64,000 nt of DNA. Source: Candidatus Fimihabitans intestinipullorum (GTDB taxonomy: Bacteria; Bacillota_I; Bacilli_A; RF39; UBA660). The notes below the pieces were generated by a model. It had not been told where the DNA came from. It worked only from the letters and a program-made list of their open reading frames with translations, and made no database searches. The DNA is taken from NCBI GenBank assembly GCA_018714965.1, contig DVML01000007.1, positions 5,323 through 69,322 of the forward strand, read 5' to 3'. Made by a program: the position numbers and the translations under genes. Shown piece by piece: positions 1-9,202 of this stretch (positions within the stretch are counted from its first letter, which is position 1; every line of letters starts with the position of its first letter).

Positions 1-2
1 TA

Positions 3-425
3 TTGCAATTTAAAAAGAAGTATCCACTAACTGTTGCTTGGAGAATTAAACAACACAGCAAACTTGTGGAAAGCTTTTTGAATCCCGGTGAAGAAGTTTA
101 TTACGCATTTGCTGCACAAAAAAATAATAATCCATTAGATATTATTACGACGTATGCAGTAGTGCTCACAAACAAACGCATTTTACTTGCACAAAAGAGA
201 TTATTGTTTGGATATTTTTATACTGCAATTACACCAGATTTATTTAACGATTTAAAAGTACAGATGGGAATCGTCTGGGGAAAGGTGATCATAGATACCG
301 TAAAAGAACGTGTATATCTGTCTAATATTCAAAAAGATGCACTAGATGAAATCGAAACACAGATTACTGAATATATGATGACAGAAAAGCAAAAATATAG
401 TGCTAATAATCAAAGCAGATCTTAA
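3..425 (+). CDS. bacterial PH (bPH_2/YdbT-like) domain protein; ORF reaches the window edge with TTG as first codon, possibly 5'-partial
   Basis: 140-aa ORF; composition and length typical of bacterial pleckstrin-homology domain proteins; followed by a hairpin+T-run terminator. Confidence 0.4.
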   Translation: MQFKKKYPLTVAWRIKQHSKLVESFLNPGEEVYYAFAAQKNNNPLDIITTYAVVLTNKRILLAQKRLLFGYFYTAITPDLFNDLKVQMGIVWGKVIIDTVKERVYLSNIQKDALDEIETQITEYMMTEKQKYSANNQSRS

Positions 426-437
426 CGATCTGTTTTT
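416..437 (+). terminator. rho-independent terminator
   Basis: CAGATC-ttaac-GATCTG hairpin followed by TTTTT; stop codon sits in loop. Confidence 0.6.
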
Positions 438-545
438 ATGTATGAATAGGCAGAATACTGAAAAAATGGGAAAAGCTTGAATTTTTCCTTTTCATTTTCT
501 GTTTTTTCAGTTATACTGTATATAGTAGAATAGTGGGGAAACAAT

Positions 546-2159
546 ATGATATTAAGAAAACCGTATGCAATATTGATTAAAAATTTCAAATTGATTCACG
601 TTATTTTAACTGGATTGATGGCATATTTACTTTATAAAACATGGAATATCATGCAGTTTTTTAGCGACTATTTTAGTCAAGGAGAATCCATCGTTGGACA
701 AGATATAGCAAGTTCCTTGATTAGTTTTAGAGTGTATTTAGTCATAGGAATAATTATAGCAGGTTTAATTACGGTACTAGTGTTAATGTATTTAAAGAAA
801 AAACCGATCACATACTATATATATTCCATTATCACATTTATTTTTGTCACAGTTATATTCGTATTGACAAAAAATACGATTGTTACAATGGAAGGTCAAT
901 TGGTAAGTGCGCGGATCGCACGAGCGATGAGTGATTTTGTAAATATCGCGTTTATTGCTCAAATCATTGCTTCTCTCATGACTTTTGTGCGAGCGACAGG
1001 ATTTGATATTAAGAAGTTCAATTTCGTAAAAGATCTGCAAGAGTTAGATATTGCAGTGGAAGATAACGAAGAGTTTGAAGTCGATGTCGAGGTAGATACG
1101 GATCGATTTAAACGTGATTTGAAACGTAGATGGCGACATATGAAATATGTCTATGTAGAAAATAAACTATTAATTAATATTATTGCCGCGGTTGCAGTAG
1201 TGGGATTGGGAGTATTTATTTTCTTTAAATCTGGAATGGCTGATAAGAAATATAAGGAAGGTCAATATTTCTACACCTATGATTTTATGATGAAAGTAAA
1301 CCGTTCTTATATCACAAATACGGATTATAAAATGGATGCATTAGATAATTACAAAAATTTAGTGGTTTTAGAGATTACCACAAGAAAGTTATCGGAACCG
1401 ACAGATCATTTAGAACTTGCAAAACTAGAGTTGAATGTTGGCGATAAGCATTATTACCCAACAAAAGCTTACAAAAATCAGTTAAAAGATTTAGGATCAT
1501 TGTACCAAGACGAAAAAATACCAACGCAGTCAGAAGTGACGTACTTACTTGCATATGAAGTCCCTACAAATTATTTAAATAAATCGATGATGTTAAGATA
1601 TATCAATGGATTAAAAAGCAAGGATAATAAAATCCAAGCAATGTATGTAAATGTAAAGTTGAATCCTAAGAATTTAATGACAGATTTAAAACCAGAGACT
1701 GTTCAACTGGGCAGTGAAATGAACACCAAAGGCACTATCCTTGGTGAAAGTAAATTGAAGATCAATTCATACGAGATCAACGATCAATTTAAATTAGATT
1801 ATAATTTCTGTGTAGCACAAAATGAGTGTGTTCCATCGACTGAGTATGTAAAACCTGATATTTTAAGTAACTATGATAAGACTCTTTTGAAATTAACAGG
1901 TTCTTTAAAAATGGATGACACTATTCAGCTTCGTGGTGTTAGTACAATATTTCAATTGATCCAAATGTTCGGAACAATCGAGTATGAAATAGATGGTAAG
2001 ATGAAAGAACAACCATTCCAAATAAAAGAAGTAAAGCCGACGAGTGCGACAAACGAAAGTATCACATATATCGAAGTTACTCCTGAGATGAAGAACGCAA
2101 CGAAAATTAGAATTCACTTCCGCTTGAGGAATCAAGAATTTATTTATCAGCTCAAATAG
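546..2159 (+). CDS. hypothetical polytopic membrane protein (several N-terminal TM helices, large extracytoplasmic C-terminal part)
   Basis: 537-aa ORF, RBS GGGGAAA upstream, hydrophobic segments in first 200 aa; no recognisable catalytic motif. Confidence 0.5.
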   Translation: MILRKPYAILIKNFKLIHVILTGLMAYLLYKTWNIMQFFSDYFSQGESIVGQDIASSLISFRVYLVIGIIIAGLITVLVLMYLKKKPITYYIYSIITFIFVTVIFVLTKNTIVTMEGQLVSARIARAMSDFVNIAFIAQIIASLMTFVRATGFDIKKFNFVKDLQELDIAVEDNEEFEVDVEVDTDRFKRDLKRRWRHMKYVYVENKLLINIIAAVAVVGLGVFIFFKSGMADKKYKEGQYFYTYDFMMKVNRSYITNTDYKMDALDNYKNLVVLEITTRKLSEPTDHLELAKLELNVGDKHYYPTKAYKNQLKDLGSLYQDEKIPTQSEVTYLLAYEVPTNYLNKSMMLRYINGLKSKDNKIQAMYVNVKLNPKNLMTDLKPETVQLGSEMNTKGTILGESKLKINSYEINDQFKLDYNFCVAQNECVPSTEYVKPDILSNYDKTLLKLTGSLKMDDTIQLRGVSTIFQLIQMFGTIEYEIDGKMKEQPFQIKEVKPTSATNESITYIEVTPEMKNATKIRIHFRLRNQEFIYQLK

Positions 2160-2181
2160 TATGTAAACTGCAGAAAAAGAA

Positions 2182-2210
2182 TAAGAAATTTAAAAAATAT
2201 GTGATATAAT
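2182..2210 (+). promoter_or_regulatory. sigma-A-type promoter with extended -10 (TGaTATAAT), weak -35 (TAAGAA)
   Basis: TGATATAAT at 2202-2210; positioned ~45 nt upstream of a small ORF that heads the transfer/pilus gene block. Confidence 0.45.
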
Positions 2211-2256
2211 ATAAAAATAGAGGACGGTATGTCATATTTGAAAGGAGGGTGACAAA

Positions 2257-2382
2257 TTGTGGGATCGATGTGTATTTAAAAATACACCAGTAGGATTATT
2301 ACAGGGAACATTTGTGATAACACCGAATGATCTTGAGCAGATTTGTGACCTTGATGTTGATAATAAGGTGGTGAGAAAGTGA
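2257..2382 (+). CDS. 41-aa small ORF (MWDRCVFKNTPVGLLQGTFVITPNDLEQICDLDVDNKVVRK), TTG start
   Basis: Perfect SD AAGGAGGG with 7-nt spacer to TTG; stop TGA overlaps GTG start of next gene (GTGA coupling); below the 60-aa cutoff of the ORF track. Confidence 0.4.
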   Translation: MWDRCVFKNTPVGLLQGTFVITPNDLEQICDLDVDNKVVRK

Positions 2383-2780
2383 GTAAATCGTTTTGGGGAA
2401 TATTTATTATTGTACTAGGTGTCATTTCAATATTTTTTGTAAACTTCTTTCAGAACATTACAAACGCAGATGAACAAAACTTTAATTTGCTGAAGGAAAC
2501 AACAGAAGCAGCGATGTACGATGCGTTTGATTTTGCATCATATCGTGCATATGGTGCGGTTCGAATCGATCGCGAGAAATTCGTAGAAAATTTTTTAAGA
2601 CGCTTTGCACAAAACGTAAATTTAGGGCATACATATAAAATTCAGATTTACGATGTGAATGAAATGCCGCCAAAAGTTAGTATCAAGGTATCAAGCTCCA
2701 ATACAGCTAATTTTACAGGAGAGACAATCGACTTTGATGTAACGAATAAATTAGATGCGATATTAGAAACGCCATATTAG
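2379..2780 (+). CDS. hypothetical membrane-anchored protein (single N-terminal TM)
   Basis: 133-aa ORF, GTG start preceded by AAGGTGGTGAG RBS; N-terminal hydrophobic helix. Confidence 0.5.
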   Translation: MSKSFWGIFIIVLGVISIFFVNFFQNITNADEQNFNLLKETTEAAMYDAFDFASYRAYGAVRIDREKFVENFLRRFAQNVNLGHTYKIQIYDVNEMPPKVSIKVSSSNTANFTGETIDFDVTNKLDAILETPY

Positions 2781-2795
2781 AATAGGAGAATAAAA

Positions 2796-3644
2796 ATGAA
2801 TAATATAATAGTAACATTTCAAAGATTTTTGAAAAATAAAAATACTGTAACAATTATCGGGGTTGTAGCAGTTATCGGAATTTTATATTGGGGATATAAC
2901 ATGCAGATTAATAATGCAGTTACACCAGTACGTAACATTCCAGTAGCAGTCGATACGATTCAACCAAGAACGAAAATTACAAAAGATATGATTGAATATG
3001 TAGATGTTGCACCTGTTGTGTTAAGTGACAACGTAATCCGTGTAGCATCACAAGTTATTGGAAAATATAGTAACTATAATACTGTAATTCCACAAGGTAG
3101 TATGTTCTATCAAGATACGTTAGTAACAGAGGAAGAATTACCAGATTCAGCATTTACACAAGTAGGTAAAAATGAAGTTGTATATAACTTCCCAGTTACG
3201 ATGGATTCTACATACGGAAACTCAATTTTTCCTGGCAATAAGATTGATATTTATATGAAAGCAACAACAGATGCCGGACAAATCATGGTAGGTAAATTAG
3301 TTGAAAACATTAAAGTATTAGCAGTTAAGGATAAAGATGGACGTCACGTATTTGAAAATACAGAAGAAGCACGTACACCATCAATGTTAATTTTTGGAGT
3401 AGATCCAGAAATCAATATCTTGTTACGTAAAGCAAGTTACATGGATGATTTTGATGTAGAATTATTCCCAGTACCACACGGACAAGAAGTTGATGAAAGT
3501 GGAGAAACACAAGTTAGTACACAATACTTAAAAGACTTCATTAACGCAAATACAGTAGTAATTGATCAATCAACAGATACAAATACAAACACGAATAACA
3601 ATTCAGGAAATAATACAAATACCCAAGAACAAGCAGGTGCATAA
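2796..3644 (+). CDS. Flp/Tad pilus assembly protein CpaB/RcpC-like (SAF domain)
   Basis: N-terminal TM then IPVAVDTIQPRTKITKDMIEYVDVAP...IPQGSM segment matching the CpaB SAF-domain pattern (V.VA..DI..GT.IT.DM....P....P.G); strong RBS. Confidence 0.55.
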   Translation: MNNIIVTFQRFLKNKNTVTIIGVVAVIGILYWGYNMQINNAVTPVRNIPVAVDTIQPRTKITKDMIEYVDVAPVVLSDNVIRVASQVIGKYSNYNTVIPQGSMFYQDTLVTEEELPDSAFTQVGKNEVVYNFPVTMDSTYGNSIFPGNKIDIYMKATTDAGQIMVGKLVENIKVLAVKDKDGRHVFENTEEARTPSMLIFGVDPEINILLRKASYMDDFDVELFPVPHGQEVDESGETQVSTQYLKDFINANTVVIDQSTDTNTNTNNNSGNNTNTQEQAGA

Positions 3645-3645
3645 T

Positions 3646-4935
3646 ATGTTTAATGATGCAATGTTTGCCCAGATTGACTTTGGACCACTAAAAGAATTAT
3701 TGGAAAATGATGATGTAACTGATATTTCTTATAGTAATGGAGGTCAATTATGGTTGAAGACACTATCGCGTGGTATTTTCCGCGTGGAAAACGATGTGGT
3801 CAATGATGCGTTTATGGAAAAACTAGCTTTCCAATGTTCCAACGTTATGGGTAAGACCTTTAACATGGCTCACCCTTTCTTGGATGCGGAGAGTGCAGAA
3901 TTGCGTTTGAATTTCGTACACGATTCTATCGCGAGAAACGGAATCGCCTGCGTAATGCGTAAAACACCAGCGAAAATTCGTTTGGAAAAAGAAAAAATAT
4001 TAGCAGAAAATTATATTACACTTGATGTTCATGACTTCTTAATGAAGGCAATTGAAGGACATTGCAACATAATTGTATGTGGAGAAACTGGTTCTGGTAA
4101 AACAGAGTTTGTCAAATATCTGGCTTCTCATATCAAAGAAAATGAGAAAGTTATTACAATTGAGGATACTTTGGAATTGCACTTGGATCGAATTTTTCCA
4201 CATCGGGATATCGTAGCAATGAAAACAAATAATATTGCTTCTTATTCAGATGTATTAGTAACTTGTATGAGACAGAATCCAAAGTGGATTTTGTTATCTG
4301 AGGTTCGTAGTGCGGAAGCAGTTATGGCTGTACGTAACTCGATTTCATCAGGTCACTATATTTTATCGACGATCCATGCGGATAAAGCAGAGTCTATTCC
4401 GAACCGTATGTACAGTTTGTTGGAAACAAATCAAGATATTGACCAGTTTTTGAAATCTATTTATCGTTATGTTCAATTAGGTGTTTATATTCGTGGATAT
4501 CAAGATAGAGTAACGAAGAGATTTCATCGTGAGATCGCTTCTGTTGTTGAATTTTACGTAACAGAGAATAACGAAGCAAAATATAATGTGATTTATAAAA
4601 AATTAAACGACGGTCATGTCGTAAGACAAAATCCTAGTAAATATTTACTTGAATATTTAGAGGGGCAAGGCGTAGAATTGCCAAAAGATATTATTCGAAC
4701 AGACTTAAATGAAAAAGAAGATAATACAGAGAAAGATGTGGAGAATACCACAACATCTACTGTAACTTCTACTCCGCAAGAACAAGCACAACAAGTATCT
4801 CAAGCAAGTCAATCTGCGGTGCAAAATCAAACGCCAGCTATGCCGGTAGGACAGACAGGTACTCAGCAGAATGCAAGTGCTACTTCTCAAGCGGGAGCAT
4901 TTAATCCGTTTGCAAATGTAAAACCAGTAGAATAA
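3646..4935 (+). CDS. TadA/CpaF-family secretion ATPase (VirB11/PilT superfamily)
   Basis: Walker A GETGSGKTE, Asp box ITIEDTLEL, His box LSTIHAD; start reassigned to ATG 3646 (RBS AGGTG, 7-nt spacer) directly after CpaB-like stop; Q/T/S-rich low-complexity C-terminal tail. Confidence 0.8.
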   Translation: MFNDAMFAQIDFGPLKELLENDDVTDISYSNGGQLWLKTLSRGIFRVENDVVNDAFMEKLAFQCSNVMGKTFNMAHPFLDAESAELRLNFVHDSIARNGIACVMRKTPAKIRLEKEKILAENYITLDVHDFLMKAIEGHCNIIVCGETGSGKTEFVKYLASHIKENEKVITIEDTLELHLDRIFPHRDIVAMKTNNIASYSDVLVTCMRQNPKWILLSEVRSAEAVMAVRNSISSGHYILSTIHADKAESIPNRMYSLLETNQDIDQFLKSIYRYVQLGVYIRGYQDRVTKRFHREIASVVEFYVTENNEAKYNVIYKKLNDGHVVRQNPSKYLLEYLEGQGVELPKDIIRTDLNEKEDNTEKDVENTTTSTVTSTPQEQAQQVSQASQSAVQNQTPAMPVGQTGTQQNASATSQAGAFNPFANVKPVE

Positions 4936-4948
4936 GGAGGGAATCATT

Positions 4949-5851
4949 ATGACGTTTATTATATTTGTAGTTGTTGCTGCAATCCTTATTTTCGTTTATT
5001 CATATCGAAAAAATTCTGGGCAGAACGTATATAAATATATTTCGAAACAAGCAGGTGTCATTTATGAAAAATACGCACCATACTCATTTCGGGAAGTACG
5101 ACAAAAAGTAAAAGATTTAGGACAAGAATATTCGACGAGACAATATGTCATTCAAATCGGTGTATTTGCTGCATCTGCAGCAGTTATTTCTTACCTATAT
5201 TTTTACAATCTGATTATTTCCATTATATATTCATGTTTGTCAGTCCTAGTGATTCCTTATCTGACTTATTTGAGATGTAAGAGATTGTATAGTGAGTTTG
5301 TCTTCGAGCAAATTCAAGTTTATACGACAAATACAATCATGGAATTTGCAACCACTCAATCGTTTGTTAAAGCGTTAGAGGGAGTGTATGAATCAGGAGT
5401 ATTAGAAGACCCTGTAAAGTCTGATGTAAAAATGATGATAGATATGGCTTACGAGAATGGTACAGTTGAACAGTCTATTGAATATATGAATTCTAGATAT
5501 GATTACTATATCGTAAAGAACATGCACCAACTATTCTTACAAATCACCAATGAAGGTGCGAAAGACTCTAGTGATGCACTAGAAAATATGTCTCTTGATA
5601 TCGATATGCTTGTTGAAAACGTATATAGCGATAGAATGGACCGTGCGCAGTTCCACAAAAAGTTTTTACAATTTGGAATTATTCTATATTTGATGGTTAT
5701 GTTAGTGCAGTTTTTGCTAGGAGTAGATACCTATATTCAAATGTTAGATAATATGTTAGTACAATTATTATTACATTTGATTATTATCGTCAATACAGCA
5801 TTCCTATTAAATGGTGAAAAATATTATAATGAGAATGTGGGGGCTGAGTAA
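4949..5851 (+). CDS. TadB-like polytopic membrane platform protein (T2SS-F-like)
   Basis: 300 aa, N- and C-terminal TM helices with cytoplasmic middle, position immediately after TadA-like ATPase; RBS AAGGAGGG. Confidence 0.45.
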   Translation: MTFIIFVVVAAILIFVYSYRKNSGQNVYKYISKQAGVIYEKYAPYSFREVRQKVKDLGQEYSTRQYVIQIGVFAASAAVISYLYFYNLIISIIYSCLSVLVIPYLTYLRCKRLYSEFVFEQIQVYTTNTIMEFATTQSFVKALEGVYESGVLEDPVKSDVKMMIDMAYENGTVEQSIEYMNSRYDYYIVKNMHQLFLQITNEGAKDSSDALENMSLDIDMLVENVYSDRMDRAQFHKKFLQFGIILYLMVMLVQFLLGVDTYIQMLDNMLVQLLLHLIIIVNTAFLLNGEKYYNENVGAE

Positions 5852-6633
5852 TGGAATTTATTTTAATCGCAGTAATTATTATATTTGTATTATCTTATAA
5901 CCATCATATTGACATGCATAAATTTATTGGAGATACGGAACCGTATTTTCGAATTTTAATGGAAGAAGACTATATATTTCTTCTAAGATTAAAGTATGGA
6001 GACAGTATCGATGTCGAAAAAATGTTTGGGATGCGCGTGCGCAATGGGCTCATCGCAACGGCAGCCATGCTTTTCATTTTGATGTCACAGGCAAATTTCT
6101 TAAATGTGTTATTTTCCGTTATCGTTGGATTTGTAGTATTTAAATTGCCTTATCAAAAATTAAAAGGGTATTATAAAGCTAATTTGCATAGAATTAACCA
6201 AATGTTACCATATTATTTGAAGAGTTTGGAGATCTTAGTTCAACACTATACAGTTCCAGTAGCGCTAAATCGTTCTGTTGAAACAGCGCCGGAAATTTTC
6301 CGATCTGGATTAAGAGAAATGATTGCTAAAATTGAAGCGGGAGATTCTAGTGTAGATCCATATATGGATTTCGCAAAAGAATATCCAGTACGTGATTCTA
6401 TGCGTATGATGCGTTTATTATATCGTTTAGGATTAGGATCACAGGAGAATAAGCAAGAGCAACTTATGATGTTTGCGAGAAGTGTATCACAACTTCAAAA
6501 CAAAGCACGTGAGCAAAAATATAAAGAACGTCTTGAGAAAATGGAAAATAAAACAATGATGATGTTGATGACAACAGGTGGAGGAATTTTATTACTCATG
6601 TTATTCTCAATGACAATGATGATGAATTTATAA
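5851..6633 (+). CDS. TadC-like polytopic membrane platform protein
   Basis: 260 aa, similar topology, TAATG stop/start overlap with preceding gene. Confidence 0.45.
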   Translation: MEFILIAVIIIFVLSYNHHIDMHKFIGDTEPYFRILMEEDYIFLLRLKYGDSIDVEKMFGMRVRNGLIATAAMLFILMSQANFLNVLFSVIVGFVVFKLPYQKLKGYYKANLHRINQMLPYYLKSLEILVQHYTVPVALNRSVETAPEIFRSGLREMIAKIEAGDSSVDPYMDFAKEYPVRDSMRMMRLLYRLGLGSQENKQEQLMMFARSVSQLQNKAREQKYKERLEKMENKTMMMLMTTGGGILLLMLFSMTMMMNL

Positions 6634-6704
6634 AATATAGTGTTTATAAAATAAAAAATATATGTTATACTAATAATGGTAGAGGTGTAAGGTGGTGAGA
6701 AAGA

Positions 6705-6881
6705 ATGAAAGAAGCAGCTGGAGAAGCAAACATGACAGTTATTACAATCATTTTGATTGGTATTATCGCAGCAATCGCTTACCCGATGATTAATAACTTA
6801 ATTACAAGTCAACAAGAAAAAGCTGAATGTCTTGATGCGGGTGGAACACCAGAAGAGTGTGGTGCGATCGCTAACCAATAG
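6705..6881 (+). CDS. 58-aa Flp-like prepilin candidate (MKEAAG/EANMTVITIILIGIIAAIAY...)
   Basis: Not in ORF track (<60 aa); RBS GGTGGTGAG; short charged leader ending in Gly followed by ~20 hydrophobic residues and a small Cys-containing tail, in the position of flp within a tad-like gene order. Confidence 0.4.
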   Translation: MKEAAGEANMTVITIILIGIIAAIAYPMINNLITSQQEKAECLDAGGTPEECGAIANQ

Positions 6882-6908
6882 TAAAAATAATAATGGAGGA
6901 ATAGAATT

Positions 6909-7331
6909 ATGAGAGAAGGTTTAGGAAATGTATTTATGTACAATATCATCATTCTTTTCCTCGTGTTAATGGTGGTATTTTTGGTTGGTACCATTAGTTA
7001 TAATAAGGCATTTAGAGTCAATAGTAGAATTATCAATGCGATCGAGAAATACGAAGGATACAATGGCCCTGCGTATGAAGAAATCGATCGCACTTTGGCT
7101 ATTATAGGATACCGCCGTGAGGGAGCTGTTGATTGCCCAACAAGAGACGGTGTTAGAGCCATGACGAATTTCACAGGTAAATATCAGTACTGTGTGTATG
7201 AATTTAAAATCAATGACAAATTTTACAATTACGGAGTTTTAACATATATTGATTTTGATTTGCCGGTTGCAGGAAAAGTAAAATTGCCGATTTATTCTAA
7301 AACCGATCAAATATATCAATTTCAAAGGTAA
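6909..7331 (+). CDS. TadE-like minor pilin/pseudopilin candidate, paralog A
   Basis: 140 aa; MREGLG/NVF... short leader then a single hydrophobic helix; shares GN...VG..SY.KA..V...IINAIE..EG...GYR...CP...YCV...YFD.P pattern with next gene. Confidence 0.4.
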   Translation: MREGLGNVFMYNIIILFLVLMVVFLVGTISYNKAFRVNSRIINAIEKYEGYNGPAYEEIDRTLAIIGYRREGAVDCPTRDGVRAMTNFTGKYQYCVYEFKINDKFYNYGVLTYIDFDLPVAGKVKLPIYSKTDQIYQFQR

Positions 7332-7346
7332 TAACGAGGTGATGAG

Positions 7347-7784
7347 ATGAATCAAGCGGTAGGTAATACGGCGATTGTCAATGTTGTTGTCGTATTTGTG
7401 ATTATCATTAGTGGGCTATTCGTCGGATCACTAAGCTATTCGAAAGCATATAAAGTAAAAAATATTATTATTAATGCAATAGAAGAACACGAGGGATTTG
7501 ATGAAGAAACAAAAGCTGAAATAGAAGAAACTTTGACTGAAATGGGATATCGTATTAATCGAAATGGTCAACAAAAATGTCCAAATCCAACAGTAGATGG
7601 TACGGTCGAAGCCTTAAATACAGCTAGTAATCATCATTATTGTGTTTGGAGAGTCAAAGAGACGAGGGGAACTTACTACATAGCAACAGCTTATATGTAT
7701 TTTGATATCCCACTTGTCGATGGATTTGAGGCACCTGTAACTGGTCATACCAAAACAATTTATAATGATGAAGCTCACGATTAA
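7347..7784 (+). CDS. TadE-like minor pilin/pseudopilin candidate, paralog B (tandem duplicate)
   Basis: 145 aa; MNQAVG/NTAIVN...; clear paralogy with 6909..7331. Confidence 0.4.
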   Translation: MNQAVGNTAIVNVVVVFVIIISGLFVGSLSYSKAYKVKNIIINAIEEHEGFDEETKAEIEETLTEMGYRINRNGQQKCPNPTVDGTVEALNTASNHHYCVWRVKETRGTYYIATAYMYFDIPLVDGFEAPVTGHTKTIYNDEAHD

Positions 7785-7804
7785 ATAGAGGAGATGGTGG
7801 ATCA

Positions 7805-8821
7805 ATGAATGTTATTGTAGCGAATCGATATCAATCATTACTACAAGGGCTTAATATTGATATCATTAAACAGATGGTTGGAGAGTTTGAAGTAGATGAT
7901 ATTATATCAACTTTTCAAAATTTCTTTTACCAAAGAATGATTTTAGATATTACAGCCATCAAAAACTATAAAGATGTTAAGACGTTACAAAAACTATCGA
8001 TATCTTTAGATATGGATAAAGTTATTTTGCTATTAGATGATTCACCGGAAAGTACATCACCGGATTATATCTCTAAACTGGTATCGATGGGAATTTATAA
8101 TTTTACAAAAAACGCAGAAGGTATAATGTATCTCTATAATAATCCAAATTCTTATCGAGATGTGGCACAATACCAGCAGTTGGATGTTGTAACTCCTATC
8201 GTTCAAGGGCAAGATGGAGCTTCAGTAAATCAAACAGGGTTGATGCAACCGGAACATGGGCGTATTATTGGCGTTAAAAACGTGACGGATGATTCTGGTG
8301 CGACAACTTTGATTTATATGATGAAAAAACAATTAGAAAAAAACTATTCTGTTGTTGCGATAGAAGTAGATAAGAGAGACTTTATGTTCTTTAGAGAAAA
8401 GGGATTGGTTAGTACGAATACTCAGGGAATAGGAAATGAAGTTTCAAAGTACAGTAATAAGGATGTCATATTGATTGATATTAATAGAAGTGCAAGTGCA
8501 GAAAGCCTTTGTACAGAAGTGTTTTACCTAATAGAGCCATCTATCATTAAATTGAATAAACTCATGATGACTGATGGAAAAGTATTGCAAAAATTAAAAG
8601 GGAAAAAAGTTATTTTAAATCAAAGTTTACTAAGTTCAAAAGATGTGTTAGATTTTGAGTATGAATCTAAAATTAAAATTTTTTATAACATGCCACCTTT
8701 AAACGAGAGAGAAGCAAATATTCAGGTTTTGAATTCTTTCTTAACGAAAGCGGGATTTACACGTCAAGCTGGAGGAGAACAAGAAAAAAAGAGTAAACTA
8801 CTAGGAATTTTTAATATATAA
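7805..8821 (+). CDS. hypothetical cytoplasmic protein; possibly a degenerate TadZ/CpaE-like assembly factor
   Basis: 338 aa soluble protein in tad-like block; no intact Walker A (only GVKNVTDDSGATTL); assignment by position only. Confidence 0.2.
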   Translation: MNVIVANRYQSLLQGLNIDIIKQMVGEFEVDDIISTFQNFFYQRMILDITAIKNYKDVKTLQKLSISLDMDKVILLLDDSPESTSPDYISKLVSMGIYNFTKNAEGIMYLYNNPNSYRDVAQYQQLDVVTPIVQGQDGASVNQTGLMQPEHGRIIGVKNVTDDSGATTLIYMMKKQLEKNYSVVAIEVDKRDFMFFREKGLVSTNTQGIGNEVSKYSNKDVILIDINRSASAESLCTEVFYLIEPSIIKLNKLMMTDGKVLQKLKGKKVILNQSLLSSKDVLDFEYESKIKIFYNMPPLNEREANIQVLNSFLTKAGFTRQAGGEQEKKSKLLGIFNI

Positions 8822-8823
8822 AA

Positions 8824-8852
8824 TTGACATTTCTATGAAATTCTTATATAAT
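8824..8852 (+). promoter_or_regulatory. consensus sigma-A promoter TTGACA-N17-TATAAT
   Basis: TTGACA at 8824-8829, TATAAT at 8847-8852, exactly 17-nt spacer; 23 nt upstream of RBS AAGGGAGG of the first VirB2-like gene. Confidence 0.7.
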
Positions 8853-8875
8853 TATTATAACAAGGGAGGTAACAT

Positions 8876-9202
8876 ATGTTTACATTAGTAAGTCCAGATG
8901 CAATTTGTGGAGGTATCACAATTCCAGGATCTATCGTAAGTATTATCAATATGGTAATCTTAGTTATTCAAATTGCAATTCCTATCATCTTAATCGTCAT
9001 GGGGATGTTAGATTTAGGAAAAGCTGTTATGGCTGGAAAAGAAGATGAAATTAAAAAGAACCAAACGTTATTCTTTAAACGTGTAATAGCAGCAGTTATG
9101 GTATTTTTAATTATTGCAGTTGTTAAATTAGTATTTGGAGTATTAGCAGATGCTAGTGGAGACAATACAGCAGTAGATTGTATCAGCAAAATTATTGGAT
9201 AA
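8876..9202 (+). CDS. VirB2/TrbC-like two-helix small membrane protein (T4SS pilin candidate), paralog 1
   Basis: 108 aa; helix1 (IPIILIVMGML) - charged loop (DLGKAVMAGKEDEIKKNQTLFFKR) - helix2 (VIAAVMVFLIIAVVKLV), C-terminal Cys; architecture of T4SS pilins. Confidence 0.4.
   Translation: MFTLVSPDAICGGITIPGSIVSIINMVILVIQIAIPIILIVMGMLDLGKAVMAGKEDEIKKNQTLFFKRVIAAVMVFLIIAVVKLVFGVLADASGDNTAVDCISKIIG

Noticed and set aside
3562-3645. 5' extensions of ORF-track entries (3562 for TadA; 10051 for VirB2-like paralog 3; 48820..50409 N-terminus of gerAA; 57722 for the hypothetical; 20340 for rmuC; 37571 for GT2)
   Set aside because: Each extension lacks an RBS and overlaps the upstream gene or promoter. 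In-frame internal ATGs with proper SD spacing were used instead.
7805-8821. Calling the 338-aa protein a bona fide TadZ/CpaE ParA-like ATPase
   Set aside because: There is no intact Walker A (KGGxGKT) motif. It is kept only as a low-confidence positional guess.
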